Shown piece by piece: positions 40,574-50,902 of a DNA stretch of 64,000 bases. The stretch's first letter is position 1; each line of letters opens with the position of its first letter. Where the stretch lies: positions 14,033 through 78,032 of the forward strand of contig JBPXJO010000034.1 of assembly GCA_051715325.1 (NCBI GenBank). Reading direction: 5' to 3'. The DNA comes from Alphaproteobacteria bacterium (GTDB lineage Bacteria; Pseudomonadota; Alphaproteobacteria; Micavibrionales; Micavibrionaceae). The position numbers and the translations under genes are program-made. The notes beneath the pieces are model-generated. The model had not been told where the DNA came from. It saw nothing but the letters and a program-made list of their open reading frames with translations, and searched no databases.

Positions 40574-40804
40574 ACAAAACATCCTCGGTTAAACTCTTGC
40601 CTTCCGTGTTAATCAATCGGGCCGCATAAGAAAAGGATAATTTCTGCGCCTTTGTCGATTTTATCATTACCCCGGATTTTGATTATGGGAATCATATCTA
40701 ATTCCGGAATCATGAAACAAAAATAGATAAAACTTTATGTAATTAAATATCGCTGATTACAACCTGATTTCATTCAATAATTCTTATCGAATGCTTTACC
40801 TGAA

Positions 40805-42442
40805 TTGGATAAAATTGTCCGCATGTCGACTGACTCGTCACTTAAACTTTCGCGCGACCGTTTTCTCGCTTTTGCTTTTGCCGCATCGGATATGCTGGTG
40901 GAGGTGGATTCACTTGGCACAATCAAATTCTTGGCCGGGGCAGTAACAGCTGTCACTGGTTACGAAGACGATGAACTGGTCGGGCAAAGCTTCTACACGC
41001 TGTTTGCCGACGAAGATCAGGAAATGATCCGCACCACCGCGCGCAATTCGAAAGCCAAATCGAAACAAGGCCCATTCTTGCTCAAGGTTCAAAACCGCGA
41101 CCGCGAAATTGCGCCAAAGAATATATTCCTCTCGGGAATGTCTTTGACCGAAGACGGGCCGATTTATTTTACGATTTCTCAAGCCGACGCCCTGCTCAGC
41201 TACATCGAGTTTAACCGCTCCAGCAACTTGCAGAAAATTCCGGGGATTGATGATTTTGAAACCCTCCTCCGCAGCCGTATTCCGGAACTGGTGGCCGGCA
41301 AAAAGAATGTCGATGTACAAGTCTTGCAGCTCGCGGGCATGAAAAACGCCAACGGCAAGCTCGATGCCAACAGCTGGGATGGTTTGACCGCCGCTATTGC
41401 CCAGCTCGTCATGGAATCGTCGATTGGAGGCGACACCGCCGTAAAAGTCGATGACGAAAAATATCTTCTCGTCAAAGACGCGCACGACTCCGATTCAAAA
41501 ATTCAAGAAAAAATCAAAGAGATTGCCCGCCGCTACAACATTGAAGACGCGATTGACGTTCAGTCGAAAACGATGGAAGGCGACCTGAACGCCCTCTCGG
41601 CCCGCGAGGCCTCGCGCGCCATCCTTTATACCATCAAGAAAATGGAAAAAGGAGGATTGGATGCCGTGGGTGATGATTTGCAAAGTTCCTTCTCGTCCTT
41701 CCTCGAAGAAAACACCATCAAGATCAGCAATCTGAAACGGATTTTCTCGCATCAGGATTTCAACCTGCACTTCCAGCCGATTTTCGACATGAAAACCCGC
41801 AAGGTTTCTCACCATGAAGTTCTGGTGCGTTTCAACGACCCATCGACTACGTTTGAAATGATTACGATGGGCGAGGATATCGGGATTGCGCCGGACATGG
41901 ACTTGTCCATCTGCCGTAAAGCGCTTAAATACTCGGACCAGAACCGCAAGAAAAAGATCGGCAAGATTGCCGTGAACCTCTCGGGCAGTTCGATCCAGAA
42001 TGATAAATTCGTGACCAAACTGATCTCGGCTCTCGATGAATATCCGGATGCGGCAAAAAATCTGATGTTCGAGATCACCGAGTCGAGCGAGATCAAAGAC
42101 CTTGATAAAGTCGACGCCTACATCCAGAAGCTGAGGGCCAAAGGGTATCCGGTTTGTCTGGACGACTTCGGCGCGGGAGCAGCCTCGTTCCAGTATCTCC
42201 ACAAACTCAAAGTCGATGGCATCAAAATCGACGGTTCCTATGTCCGCAACATCACAACCAACGGGCGCGATTCGACGATGGTCAAAAACATGACCCAGAT
42301 GTGCCATGAAATGGGCGTATATGTCGTTGCAGAAATGATCGAAACGCAAGAACAAATGGACCTGCTCTCCTCGATCGGCGTTGACAAAGGTCAGGGCTGG
42401 CTCTTTGGTAAAGCCGCGCCAGAAGTTTTGCCTCTCGAATAA
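40805..42442 (+). CDS. EAL-domain c-di-GMP phosphodiesterase with N-terminal PAS-like sensor
   Basis: EAL motifs (EVLVR, DDFGAG, KIDGSYV). No GGDEF domain. Confidence 0.85.
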   Translation: MDKIVRMSTDSSLKLSRDRFLAFAFAASDMLVEVDSLGTIKFLAGAVTAVTGYEDDELVGQSFYTLFADEDQEMIRTTARNSKAKSKQGPFLLKVQNRDREIAPKNIFLSGMSLTEDGPIYFTISQADALLSYIEFNRSSNLQKIPGIDDFETLLRSRIPELVAGKKNVDVQVLQLAGMKNANGKLDANSWDGLTAAIAQLVMESSIGGDTAVKVDDEKYLLVKDAHDSDSKIQEKIKEIARRYNIEDAIDVQSKTMEGDLNALSAREASRAILYTIKKMEKGGLDAVGDDLQSSFSSFLEENTIKISNLKRIFSHQDFNLHFQPIFDMKTRKVSHHEVLVRFNDPSTTFEMITMGEDIGIAPDMDLSICRKALKYSDQNRKKKIGKIAVNLSGSSIQNDKFVTKLISALDEYPDAAKNLMFEITESSEIKDLDKVDAYIQKLRAKGYPVCLDDFGAGAASFQYLHKLKVDGIKIDGSYVRNITTNGRDSTMVKNMTQMCHEMGVYVVAEMIETQEQMDLLSSIGVDKGQGWLFGKAAPEVLPLE

Positions 42443-42454
42443 AGACCAGGAACG

Positions 42455-43204
42455 ATGCCGGACACTCTCATCCCCCACAATCACTTTGTCACCGACAATA
42501 GTCGCGGTTTCATTTCGGTCACCGGCCCCGACGCGCATAATTTCCTTCAGAATATTATCAGCAACGATCTGGACAAATTGGGATTTGTAACATCCCTTCA
42601 CGCCTGCCTGCTTTCGCCGCAAGGAAAGTTCCTCCACGATTTTTATGTGACCGAATGCGACGAAGGATATTTGCTCGACTGTGAAGGCAATGAACGGGCA
42701 AGCGATCTGCACCGCCGTCTGAGCCTTTATAAACTTCGTGCAAACGTAACAATCACACTGGAACCGCACCACCCGTCCTACATCTGGAGCGACGGCACCC
42801 GCCATCCATCTCCACCCGAGAACGGCACCGAAACCGACCGCAGCACATGGGACATCGCCCGTATTCGCCACGGGATCCCCGATGGCTCACGCGATGCCGA
42901 GATTGGTTTTTCAACGTTAGCGGAGCTCAATCTCGATGTCGGTCCCGTCTCCTACACCAAAGGATGTTACGTCGGGCAAGAACTGGTCGCCCGTATGCAC
43001 AACCGCAATCTCGGTAAAAAACATCTGGTTCCCGCAGAATTCCGCTCGGGAAACCCTCCGGAACGGGGATTTGATATCGAATCCTATGGACAAATGCGCT
43101 CGTCTTGCGGCAATGTCGGCCTGATACTGATGACCAACGACACCGAACGCGAACGACGGGAAAACCAAAGCGATGACTCGCCGATATATCTTCTGGGACT
43201 GTGA
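42455..43204 (+). CDS. ygfZ: YgfZ/GcvT-like folate-binding protein
   Basis: Hallmark KGCYVGQE motif. Confidence 0.8.
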   Translation: MPDTLIPHNHFVTDNSRGFISVTGPDAHNFLQNIISNDLDKLGFVTSLHACLLSPQGKFLHDFYVTECDEGYLLDCEGNERASDLHRRLSLYKLRANVTITLEPHHPSYIWSDGTRHPSPPENGTETDRSTWDIARIRHGIPDGSRDAEIGFSTLAELNLDVGPVSYTKGCYVGQELVARMHNRNLGKKHLVPAEFRSGNPPERGFDIESYGQMRSSCGNVGLILMTNDTERERRENQSDDSPIYLLGL

Positions 43205-43829
43205 CAGCACCCTCCTCGACAATTCCGAACTGCACTGGCAGAAACACCTTGCGGTGACGGCAAAATACGGCCTCACTCTCGCCCCTTCCTACCGCGAAGC
43301 CTTCTATCACAATAACGGCGAGCAAAACTGGCGGATGATGAACAAAGAATTGGGATTTGATGTCGAGATGACCACTTATCTCAAGGAAATCGACGATTGG
43401 TATCACGCCAAAATTCTCGAGATTCCCCTCCGCCCGGGCGTCCAGACCGCGCTCGATGTTTTTAAAGATCGCGGCGCCCTTCAATGTGTCGTGACCAACG
43501 CCCGTACCGCTTCGGTCCTGCCGATGCTGACCAACAAAGGCCTGATGCCCTACTTCGCCTTTGCCCTATGCAAAGAAGACTACCCCAACCGCAAACCCGA
43601 TCCGGCCCCGTACCTGACCGCCCATGCCCGCATGGAAAGCGTGACAGGAAGTGCGGTCAATAAATCCGAATGCATCGCGATTGAAGATGACCCTTACGGC
43701 GTGACCTCGGCAGCTGCAGCCGGACTTCCGGTTATTCACCGACGCCTGACCGACGCCACACCGCCGGCCCCCGAAGCCATAGCTTCGGTCTACAATGAAG
43801 ACGATTTTCTCAAAGTCCTGCTGGCCTGA
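43173..43829 (+). CDS. HAD-superfamily hydrolase
   Basis: HAD motif I (FWDCDSTLLD) and motif III-like region. Overlaps the ygfZ 3' end by 32 nt. Confidence 0.75.
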   Translation: MTRRYIFWDCDSTLLDNSELHWQKHLAVTAKYGLTLAPSYREAFYHNNGEQNWRMMNKELGFDVEMTTYLKEIDDWYHAKILEIPLRPGVQTALDVFKDRGALQCVVTNARTASVLPMLTNKGLMPYFAFALCKEDYPNRKPDPAPYLTAHARMESVTGSAVNKSECIAIEDDPYGVTSAAAAGLPVIHRRLTDATPPAPEAIASVYNEDDFLKVLLA

Positions 43830-46502
43830 TTAAGCCGCGCTTTTGATTTTTTGTGTTTGCCGCTGGCGAATAGCCGCCTGCGCCGCCGCTAGCCGCGCAA
43901 TCGGGACACGGAACGCCGAGCAGGACACATAATCAAGTCCGGTACGCTCGCAGAAATCAATCGACGATGGATCACCGCCATGCTCACCGCAAATCCCGAT
44001 CTTGATATCGGGACGGGTGGCGCGTCCACGCTCGCAGGCAATCTCGATAAGCTGCCCGACACCTTCCTGATCGATCGAGACAAACGGATCTTTCGCAAAA
44101 ATCCCCTTGGTCACATAATCAGGGAGGAAATTTCCGGCATCGTCGCGGCTCATCCCGAGCGTAGTCTGCGTCAGGTCATTGGTTCCGAAACTAAAGAACG
44201 CGGCATCCTTGGCAATATCCGCCGCCATCAAGGCCGCACGCGGCAACTCGATCATCGTGCCGACCACATAAGGAAGAACGTTCCCACCGCGCACATAAAT
44301 GCGCGCTGCGACGTCATCAATCACGGCCTTAAGACGCGACAATTCGGCCCGCGTCGCAATGAGCGGAATCATAATTTCGGGCACGACATCGCTTTTGAGC
44401 GCCGCATCGAAAATCGCGACGGCCTGCATCTCGTATATTTCAGGATAGGTAATACCGAGACGGCAGCCGCGATGCCCGAGCATCGGGTTGGCCTCATGAA
44501 GCTCGGACAAACGGCGTTCAACCGCAGATTCCGCGATACCCGCTGCTTTCGAGAACGCGGCAATATCGCTCGCGCTCTGCGGCAAAAACTCATGAAGCGG
44601 CGGATCGAGCAACCGGATCGTAACCGGAAGCCCCTTCATGATCTGGAATAAATCCTGAAAATCCGCCCGCTGAGCCGGAAGAAGCTTATCAAGCGCACTG
44701 CGGCGCTGCTCTTCGGTCGCGGCGAAAATCATCTCGCGCACATTTTGAATCCGCTCGGGATCAAAGAACATATGTTCGGTCCGGCACAGGCCAATTCCTT
44801 CCGCACCGAAATCACGCGCGGCTTTGGCATCCATCGGCGTTTCGACATTGGCGCGCACCTTCATACGCCGCGCCGCATCCGCCCATCCCATCACGGTCGC
44901 AAAATCGCCCGAGACATTGGGTTTAAGCATCGGAACCGCGCCGCGCATCACTTCGCCCTTGGCTCCATCAATCGTAATCACATCACCTTCGGCAATCGTC
45001 ACATCACCCGCGCGGAAAACTTTTTGCGCCATATCGATATGAATCGTTCCAGCACCAGCCACACACGGGCGGCCCATACCGCGCGCAACCACCGCCGCGT
45101 GCGACGTCATCCCGCCGCGGGTCGTGAGAATGGCTTTCGCCGCGTGCATCCCGTGAATATCTTCAGGCGACGTTTCAGCGCGCACCAGAATAACCTCGTC
45201 TCCGGCTTTGGCCCGCTCTTCGGCCTCATCAGCAGAAAAAACCACCTTGCCCGACGCAGCCCCCGGCGAGGCCGGAAGACCGCGCGCAATCACATCGCGC
45301 GGGGCTTTAGGATCAAGCATCGGATGAAGGAGTTGATCGAGGGTCGAAGCATCGATTTTCATCAAAGCCTCTTCCGTGGTAATCAGTTTCTCGCCGACCA
45401 TATCAACCGCGATTTTGAGCGCAGCCTGAGCGGTGCGTTTTCCATTGCGGGTCTGGAGCATATAAAGCTTGCCCTTTTGCACCGTAAACTCGATGTCCTG
45501 CATATCCTTGTAATGGCCTTCCAGAGTCTTGCGCACATCGCGAAGCTGGAAATACACCTCGGGCATCAACTCTTCCATCGAAGAATGACCGGAATTCTGG
45601 TTGCGCCGCGCTTGGGACGAAAGCGGCTGCGGCGTGCGGATACCGGCCACCACATCCTCGCCTTGCGCATTGACCAGATATTCGCCGTAAAAATAATTCT
45701 CGCCGGTGGACGGATCGCGAGTAAAAGCGACACCGGTCGCGCAATCATCCCCCATATTGCCGAACACCATCGCCTGCACGTTGACGGCGGTTCCCCAATC
45801 CTCGGGGATCGAATGGATTTTGCGGTACGTAACGGCACGCGGAGTCATCCACGATGTAAACACCGTACCGATGGCATCCCACAATTGCTCCTGCGGGTCT
45901 TGCGGGAACGGGCGCCCCAACTCGCGTTGCACGAGGTCTTTATATTCCGCAACAATCTTTTTCCAGCCATCGGCGGTCACATCGGTGTCGCTTTCCCATC
46001 CGCTCTCGTGCTTATGGTCATCAAGGATGGATTCAAATTCATCATGGGAGACGCCAAGAACAACATCACCATACATCTGGATAAAACGGCGATAACTATC
46101 CCACGCAAACCGCTCGTCTTTGGACTGGGTAGCAAGACCATAAACTGTTTGATCGTTAAGACCAAGGTTGAGGATCGTATCCATCATCCCGGGCATCGAC
46201 ACCCGAGCGCCCGAACGCACCGAAACGAGAAGCGGATTAAGGCGGTCTCCAAATTGCGCGCCGACACTGGCTTCGATCTGGGCCATCGCCTGCATTGCCT
46301 GAAGCATCAGCTCGGACGGATAGGATTTACCGTTTTGATAGAAATAGGTGCACACGTCGGTGGTAATGGTAAACCCGGGAGGAACAGGCAAACCAATGGC
46401 GGACATTTCGGCGAGGTTTGCGCCTTTACCGCCGAGGAGATTTTTCATCTCCGCGCGTCCTTCGCTTTTGCCCGAACCAAAACTGTAAACCCATTTCGTC
46501 AT
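43830..46502 (-). CDS. ppdK: pyruvate, phosphate dikinase
   Basis: N-terminal ATP-grasp, central phosphohistidine domain (GGMTSHAAVVARGMG) and a PEP-utilising C-terminal domain. Start at MTKWVYSF. Confidence 0.93.
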   Translation of the reverse strand: MTKWVYSFGSGKSEGRAEMKNLLGGKGANLAEMSAIGLPVPPGFTITTDVCTYFYQNGKSYPSELMLQAMQAMAQIEASVGAQFGDRLNPLLVSVRSGARVSMPGMMDTILNLGLNDQTVYGLATQSKDERFAWDSYRRFIQMYGDVVLGVSHDEFESILDDHKHESGWESDTDVTADGWKKIVAEYKDLVQRELGRPFPQDPQEQLWDAIGTVFTSWMTPRAVTYRKIHSIPEDWGTAVNVQAMVFGNMGDDCATGVAFTRDPSTGENYFYGEYLVNAQGEDVVAGIRTPQPLSSQARRNQNSGHSSMEELMPEVYFQLRDVRKTLEGHYKDMQDIEFTVQKGKLYMLQTRNGKRTAQAALKIAVDMVGEKLITTEEALMKIDASTLDQLLHPMLDPKAPRDVIARGLPASPGAASGKVVFSADEAEERAKAGDEVILVRAETSPEDIHGMHAAKAILTTRGGMTSHAAVVARGMGRPCVAGAGTIHIDMAQKVFRAGDVTIAEGDVITIDGAKGEVMRGAVPMLKPNVSGDFATVMGWADAARRMKVRANVETPMDAKAARDFGAEGIGLCRTEHMFFDPERIQNVREMIFAATEEQRRSALDKLLPAQRADFQDLFQIMKGLPVTIRLLDPPLHEFLPQSASDIAAFSKAAGIAESAVERRLSELHEANPMLGHRGCRLGITYPEIYEMQAVAIFDAALKSDVVPEIMIPLIATRAELSRLKAVIDDVAARIYVRGGNVLPYVVGTMIELPRAALMAADIAKDAAFFSFGTNDLTQTTLGMSRDDAGNFLPDYVTKGIFAKDPFVSIDQEGVGQLIEIACERGRATRPDIKIGICGEHGGDPSSIDFCERTGLDYVSCSAFRVPIARLAAAQAAIRQRQTQKIKSAA

Positions 46503-46558
46503 GATGCGCCTCCGCTTACCGTGAACGTGAACAAAACAAACTTGTATGGACAAGTGCC

Positions 46559-47095
46559 CTATTCTAAGGACTTCAAGAGCATCAGGCAAATACGGTCATC
46601 AATCGGGCGCACTTCGCCCACAGAAATTGGCTCGCGCTCGAAGACCGCGCCAAACCCGTCGGGGACATAGCCGCACTGGACATAAAGCCGCTGGGCTGGG
46701 CCAAAATCACCGCCAACCCCGACCCCGAGACCGATTTCAGTGGCGCCGTGCTCACGGGCCAGCTTTTCGCACGCTGCAATCAAGGCTTGCGCCACACCAT
46801 TCCGGCGAAACTCGGGAAGTACATAAAGATCTTGAAATTCAGGGATCGACAGGCGGCGAAACAGCGTATAACGCGGAAAATAGTTCAAATGGACATAGCC
46901 GCAAATCACCCCGTTCCGGCGGGCGATCAGGACATGGCGCTTGCCGTCATTCTGCTCGGTAAACGCCGTCTCGAAATAATCGCTCTCCAGCACATGGGAA
47001 CCGGCAGCCGCATGCAGCAGCGGAATATCTTCAGCAAGCATCAAAGCAATATCAAGGGAGGGTAAATCAGGCATATTCACGAATAGTGCGGCCAA
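46559..47095 (-). CDS. GNAT family N-acetyltransferase
   Basis: Acetyl-CoA binding motif (RRNGVAQALI...). Confidence 0.75.
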   Translation of the reverse strand: MAALFVNMPDLPSLDIALMLAEDIPLLHAAAGSHVLESDYFETAFTEQNDGKRHVLIARRNGVICGYVHLNYFPRYTLFRRLSIPEFQDLYVLPEFRRNGVAQALIAACEKLAREHGATEIGLGVGVGGDFGPAQRLYVQCGYVPDGFGAVFEREPISVGEVRPIDDRICLMLLKSLE

Positions 47096-47267
47096 TAGCG
47101 GCCGTTACAGCATCATCCATTTTGCCTTTTTCGGTATAGAGCGCTCCGATAGCGGCTGGAGCCTGTGGCTGAGATGCCGGAACCGCCTCCCCGTAAAACG
47201 GGCGGCGGGCAATTCGGCTAAGGGCATCCTTATCAGGGCCCAAACGAAGAACGGGGGCAATTTGCAT
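47067..47267 (-). CDS. small hypothetical protein (66 aa), doubtful
   Basis: Short ORF between sucB and the GNAT gene. No supporting motif. Confidence 0.25.
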   Translation of the reverse strand: MQIAPVLRLGPDKDALSRIARRPFYGEAVPASQPQAPAAIGALYTEKGKMDDAVTAAIGRTIREYA

Positions 47268-47310
47268 GCCCCCATCCTACTCAATTCACGTTCAAAAAGC
47301 CCGAAAAAAA

Positions 47311-48513
47311 TTAGACTTCCAAAATGAGGCGCTGCGGATCTTCCAGAGCTTCCTTGATACGAACGAGGAAGGTCACAGCCTCGCGGCCATCAATGATACG
47401 GTGATCATAAGACAGAGCCACATACATCATCGGACGGGCTTTGATTTCGCCGTTTGGCATCACCATCGGGCGCATCTGGGTTTTATGCATCCCGAGAATA
47501 GCCACTTGAGGCGGGTTGATGATCGGGGTCGACATCAGCGAGCCGAACACGCCGCCATTGGTAATGGTAAAGGTACCGCCGGACATTTCGTCCACGGTGA
47601 TTTTACCATCGCGCGCACGGGTTCCGAGCGAAGCGATATCTTTTTCGATCTGGGCCATGGATTTGGCATCGCAGTCTTTCACGACCGGAACCACGAGACC
47701 TTGCGGGGTGCTCACAGCAACCGAGATGTCATAGAAGTTTTTGTAAATAATGTCATCGCCGTTGATCTCGGCATTGACTGCCGGAATCTCGCGAAGCGCA
47801 TTCACCGCCGCTTTAACGAAGAACGACATGAAACCGAGCTTGACGCCATGTTTCTTTTCGAACTGGTCTTTGTAGGCATTACGCATATCGATGACCGCGG
47901 TCATGTCGATTTCGTTGAAGGTGGTGAGCATCGCCGCCGTGTTCTGGGCTTCTTTCAGACGCTCGGCAATTTTTTGGCGCAGGCGGGTCATTTTCACGCG
48001 CTCTTCGCGTGGGCCAATCGCGCGCGGCATTACCGGAGCGGCCGGTTTCGGCGCAGCCACCGGAGCCGGAGCCGCCTTTGGAGCTTCCATATGGGCGATC
48101 ACATCACCCTTGGTGATGCGTCCGTCTTTCCCGCTTCCGGCAATCGCCGCCGGATTGAGGTTATTGTCCCCGACCATTTTCTGAACCGAAGGAGCCAGCT
48201 TCTCGGCAGGGGCGGCAGCAGCCGCAGGAGCCGGAGCGGCTTTCGGAGCCGAGTCATTTGCTTTCGCCGGAGCAGCAGCACCGGCTGAAATTTCACCGAG
48301 CACAGCACCAACACCAACGGTTGATCCTTCGCCGAATGTAATCTTGGCAATTACGCCAGCTGCCGGAGCATTGACTTCCAAAGTCACTTTATCGGTTTCG
48401 AGCTCGCAAATCGGCTCGTCAGCGGTAACAGCTTCGCCTTCTTTTTTCAGCCACTTGGAGACAGTAGCTTCCGTTACGGATTCACCCAGCGTTGGCACAA
48501 GGATTTGGGTCAT
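47311..48513 (-). CDS. sucB: dihydrolipoyllysine-residue succinyltransferase (E2 of 2-oxoglutarate dehydrogenase)
   Basis: Lipoyl domain (ETDKV), Ala/Pro linker and a catalytic domain with DHR..DG. Confidence 0.92.
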   Translation of the reverse strand: MTQILVPTLGESVTEATVSKWLKKEGEAVTADEPICELETDKVTLEVNAPAAGVIAKITFGEGSTVGVGAVLGEISAGAAAPAKANDSAPKAAPAPAAAAAPAEKLAPSVQKMVGDNNLNPAAIAGSGKDGRITKGDVIAHMEAPKAAPAPVAAPKPAAPVMPRAIGPREERVKMTRLRQKIAERLKEAQNTAAMLTTFNEIDMTAVIDMRNAYKDQFEKKHGVKLGFMSFFVKAAVNALREIPAVNAEINGDDIIYKNFYDISVAVSTPQGLVVPVVKDCDAKSMAQIEKDIASLGTRARDGKITVDEMSGGTFTITNGGVFGSLMSTPIINPPQVAILGMHKTQMRPMVMPNGEIKARPMMYVALSYDHRIIDGREAVTFLVRIKEALEDPQRLILEV

Positions 48514-48636
48514 GATCGGTCAATGTCCTGATTCGAGATTTGAAAAATTTAATACCCTGAACATTCACCGTTCAGGGTAAAAAATCAAGGGGTTCGCCCT
48601 AAAAATTCAGCAGAAATGCCTGAAATATGACAAAAA

Positions 48637-49746
48637 TCAGTTAGGGGCGCGTTCTTTGATCCTCGTCCCGACCGCGCTCGCCAGATCATTGACCGCCATC
48701 GGCTTGATATGGGAAGCCTGATCGATATTGAAAATCATGTAACGAAGCGTCGCATCATGGCGCGGCGCTTTGAGGTAAGGACGGGACAGCGCGAACAAAT
48801 CCCCACCGGCGCGGACAGTATCAAACGCCGCCGGATCGGTCACGCAAACCAAAGGCACAACGCGGATTGAGCCCTTCCCGTTCACGGTATCAGGCATCGT
48901 AAAAGCAGGAAGAGTGTATTTGACTTCCGGTTTCCCTTTGAACATATCGCTGCGAACCTGACGGGCAGAGGCATTGAAATGAAGCATGACGGGGTGGCGC
49001 TCCCCATGGAGAAGGTCATCAGCAAGAGCGATAAAGCGTGCAAAAGTTCCGGCATTAAACGAGCCGCGTCCCGAACATTGCGGGCCGTCAGATGGCTTGG
49101 AGTGACGGATGAGGAATTTGCGCCAAGCTGTTGCCGTATCACCATGAATAATTTGCGCATCCTTGAGGCGTTCAGGCGAAAGGCGTTTCATAATCCGGAA
49201 CAGATCCGCTGGAGTTTTCGCGGTAAAGCGCTCGCGGTCGGCAAGGTCGGCATTGGTGAGACGGATTTTTCCTTCTTCGTCGCGAATGACCAAAGACGGT
49301 TTAAACTCGCGCTGCCCCGAGGCTGAATTAAAGAAAGCTTCGCGCGCATTGCGGTGGAGGGTGTTCAGAAATATGACGGGCCCCTTGGAATAATCTTTAT
49401 CATCCGGAGATGGATCGCTCCCCTCTTCGGCGCGAAGATCACTGATACACCCATTCGCGTGGGCCGCTCCGTTCGCTTTTTTGAAATGGTTGCGGACTTG
49501 AATATTGTTCCCGCCTTGCGTGTAGGCATCGATATGGATCATACCCGCAACTTCGCAGTCGGGACAGACAATATGACCTTTATGAACATCGGGATTATAA
49601 AAGATGGCGGATTGATCGAGGACGCCCGAGCGCGGGCGTTCGGCTTCGAGAACAACGACCTCACCGCTCCGCTGGTCAATAACATGGCGGTATTTGACAC
49701 CGGAAAATTTGTCTTTGCGTTCACGCTTTGCAGCTTGTTGCGGCAT
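48637..49746 (-). CDS. hypothetical protein with CxxC...H...H...C cluster
   Basis: 369-aa ORF co-directional with and directly downstream of the pilin gene. Contains HIVCPDCEVAGMIH ... HFKKANGAAHANGC. No family recognised. Confidence 0.5.
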   Translation of the reverse strand: MPQQAAKRERKDKFSGVKYRHVIDQRSGEVVVLEAERPRSGVLDQSAIFYNPDVHKGHIVCPDCEVAGMIHIDAYTQGGNNIQVRNHFKKANGAAHANGCISDLRAEEGSDPSPDDKDYSKGPVIFLNTLHRNAREAFFNSASGQREFKPSLVIRDEEGKIRLTNADLADRERFTAKTPADLFRIMKRLSPERLKDAQIIHGDTATAWRKFLIRHSKPSDGPQCSGRGSFNAGTFARFIALADDLLHGERHPVMLHFNASARQVRSDMFKGKPEVKYTLPAFTMPDTVNGKGSIRVVPLVCVTDPAAFDTVRAGGDLFALSRPYLKAPRHDATLRYMIFNIDQASHIKPMAVNDLASAVGTRIKERAPN

Positions 49747-49851
49747 ACCTGCCCCCGCCCCTTAGACTTGAAAAAAACATTATGAGTCTTGTTGGAATAG
49801 AATACAAGCATATTTGACATAATATTACAAGATATATTACAAACTATTCAG

Positions 49852-49881
49852 ATAAAAAAGAACCCCGCACGCGGCGGGGTT
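49852..49881 (-). terminator. rho-independent terminator of the pilin gene (minus strand)
   Basis: AACCCCGC/GCGGGGTT stem, followed on the minus strand by CTTTTTTATC. Confidence 0.5.
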
Positions 49882-49905
49882 CTCTCGAATTCTATAAAAT
49901 CGTGA

Positions 49906-50691
49906 CTACTGGACCTTGGAGAAAACACCGCAAACAACGGCAGTGTTAACTTCTCGGTAGGCACTAGCAGCTGTAGTACCAAGGGTACAGTCAGCAGCAC
50001 CACCAGCAGCAGTACCGATCGCACGAACGCTACCGGTGTTTGGCATACCATCATCCACCTTACGGTCGATCGCAGCAGCTTGAACTGGCTGGAACGGAAC
50101 AGTCGTACCGGCAGCAACAGCACCAGCCGTATTAGCAGCCACTACATAATGGCCAGCTTGAAGTCCACCAGCAGCACCGGCGAAAGCGGTTGCAGCGACA
50201 ACGCCGTTGCTATAACCGAAGTTCCATACACCGCCGAGAGGGGTAGATGGGTGAGAGATGGTAGCTCCGAGAGCGGTGGCACCCGGGTTAACACCCCCGA
50301 GGAAACCGGCAGCACCGAGGTGAACGAAAGCGACACCAGCTTCTTGAGCAGCCGTAGCAGCAGCACCTGGATTGTTAGCCGTACCGGTTTGAACGAAACC
50401 GTCACCGTTACCAGCAACAGCACACATCGTTGCAGCCACACAGTTTGGCAGACGGGTGGTTGGGGTCTGGATATCGCCTGGCATTCCGCCGTACTTGTCA
50501 CGGAAACCGCTAAGACCGGATTCAACAGCTTTAACTTGAGCAACTGTCGAAGAAACACGAGCGTTGTTGATCAGTTCTTGGCCTTTCAGAATACCACCGA
50601 TCAGAAGACCGATAATAATCATCACGATCGCCAATTCCACGAGAGTGAAACCGCTCTCGGACTGACGTGTTTTGAGTGAAGTTTGTGTCAT
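49906..50691 (-). CDS. type IV pilin / pseudopilin with prepilin-type N-terminal domain, unusually long and Gly/Ala/Thr-rich
   Basis: Class III signal G|FTLVELAIVMIIIGLLIGG. C-terminal Cys pairs. RBS GGAG 8 nt upstream of the ATG (MTQTSLK). Confidence 0.8.
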   Translation of the reverse strand: MTQTSLKTRQSESGFTLVELAIVMIIIGLLIGGILKGQELINNARVSSTVAQVKAVESGLSGFRDKYGGMPGDIQTPTTRLPNCVAATMCAVAGNGDGFVQTGTANNPGAAATAAQEAGVAFVHLGAAGFLGGVNPGATALGATISHPSTPLGGVWNFGYSNGVVAATAFAGAAGGLQAGHYVVAANTAGAVAAGTTVPFQPVQAAAIDRKVDDGMPNTGSVRAIGTAAGGAADCTLGTTAASAYREVNTAVVCGVFSKVQ

Positions 50692-50902
50692 TGAGAACTC
50701 CATATAGATTGATGACATTTATAGATACCCCCCGCGACGAACGCCGCTTTGCAGTGACTCACGTCGAAGGCTCCAACAGTATATACAAAAATAGCCAGAA
50801 GACTATCCCGCATGTGTCAGAATGACCTATTTTTTATTAAAAAAGAGTAACTATACGGAACGTACATCCTCAATTTGTCAGAGTGAGAAGGTATTATATA
50901 AA

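Noticed and set aside
41495-42871. 458-aa ORF on the minus strand
   Set aside because: It is antisense to the EAL phosphodiesterase and ygfZ. No motifs, arginine/glycine-rich.
44745-46670. 641-aa ORF on the plus strand
   Set aside because: It is antisense to ppdK. The translation is Arg/His-rich nonsense typical of the reverse frame of a GC-rich gene.
47266-48288. 340-aa ORF on the plus strand
   Set aside because: It is antisense to sucB.
50692-50902. sigma54 (-24 GG / -12 GC) promoter upstream of the pilin gene
   Set aside because: The leader was scanned on the coding strand. Only a weak CTGCA with no properly spaced TGGCAC was found.
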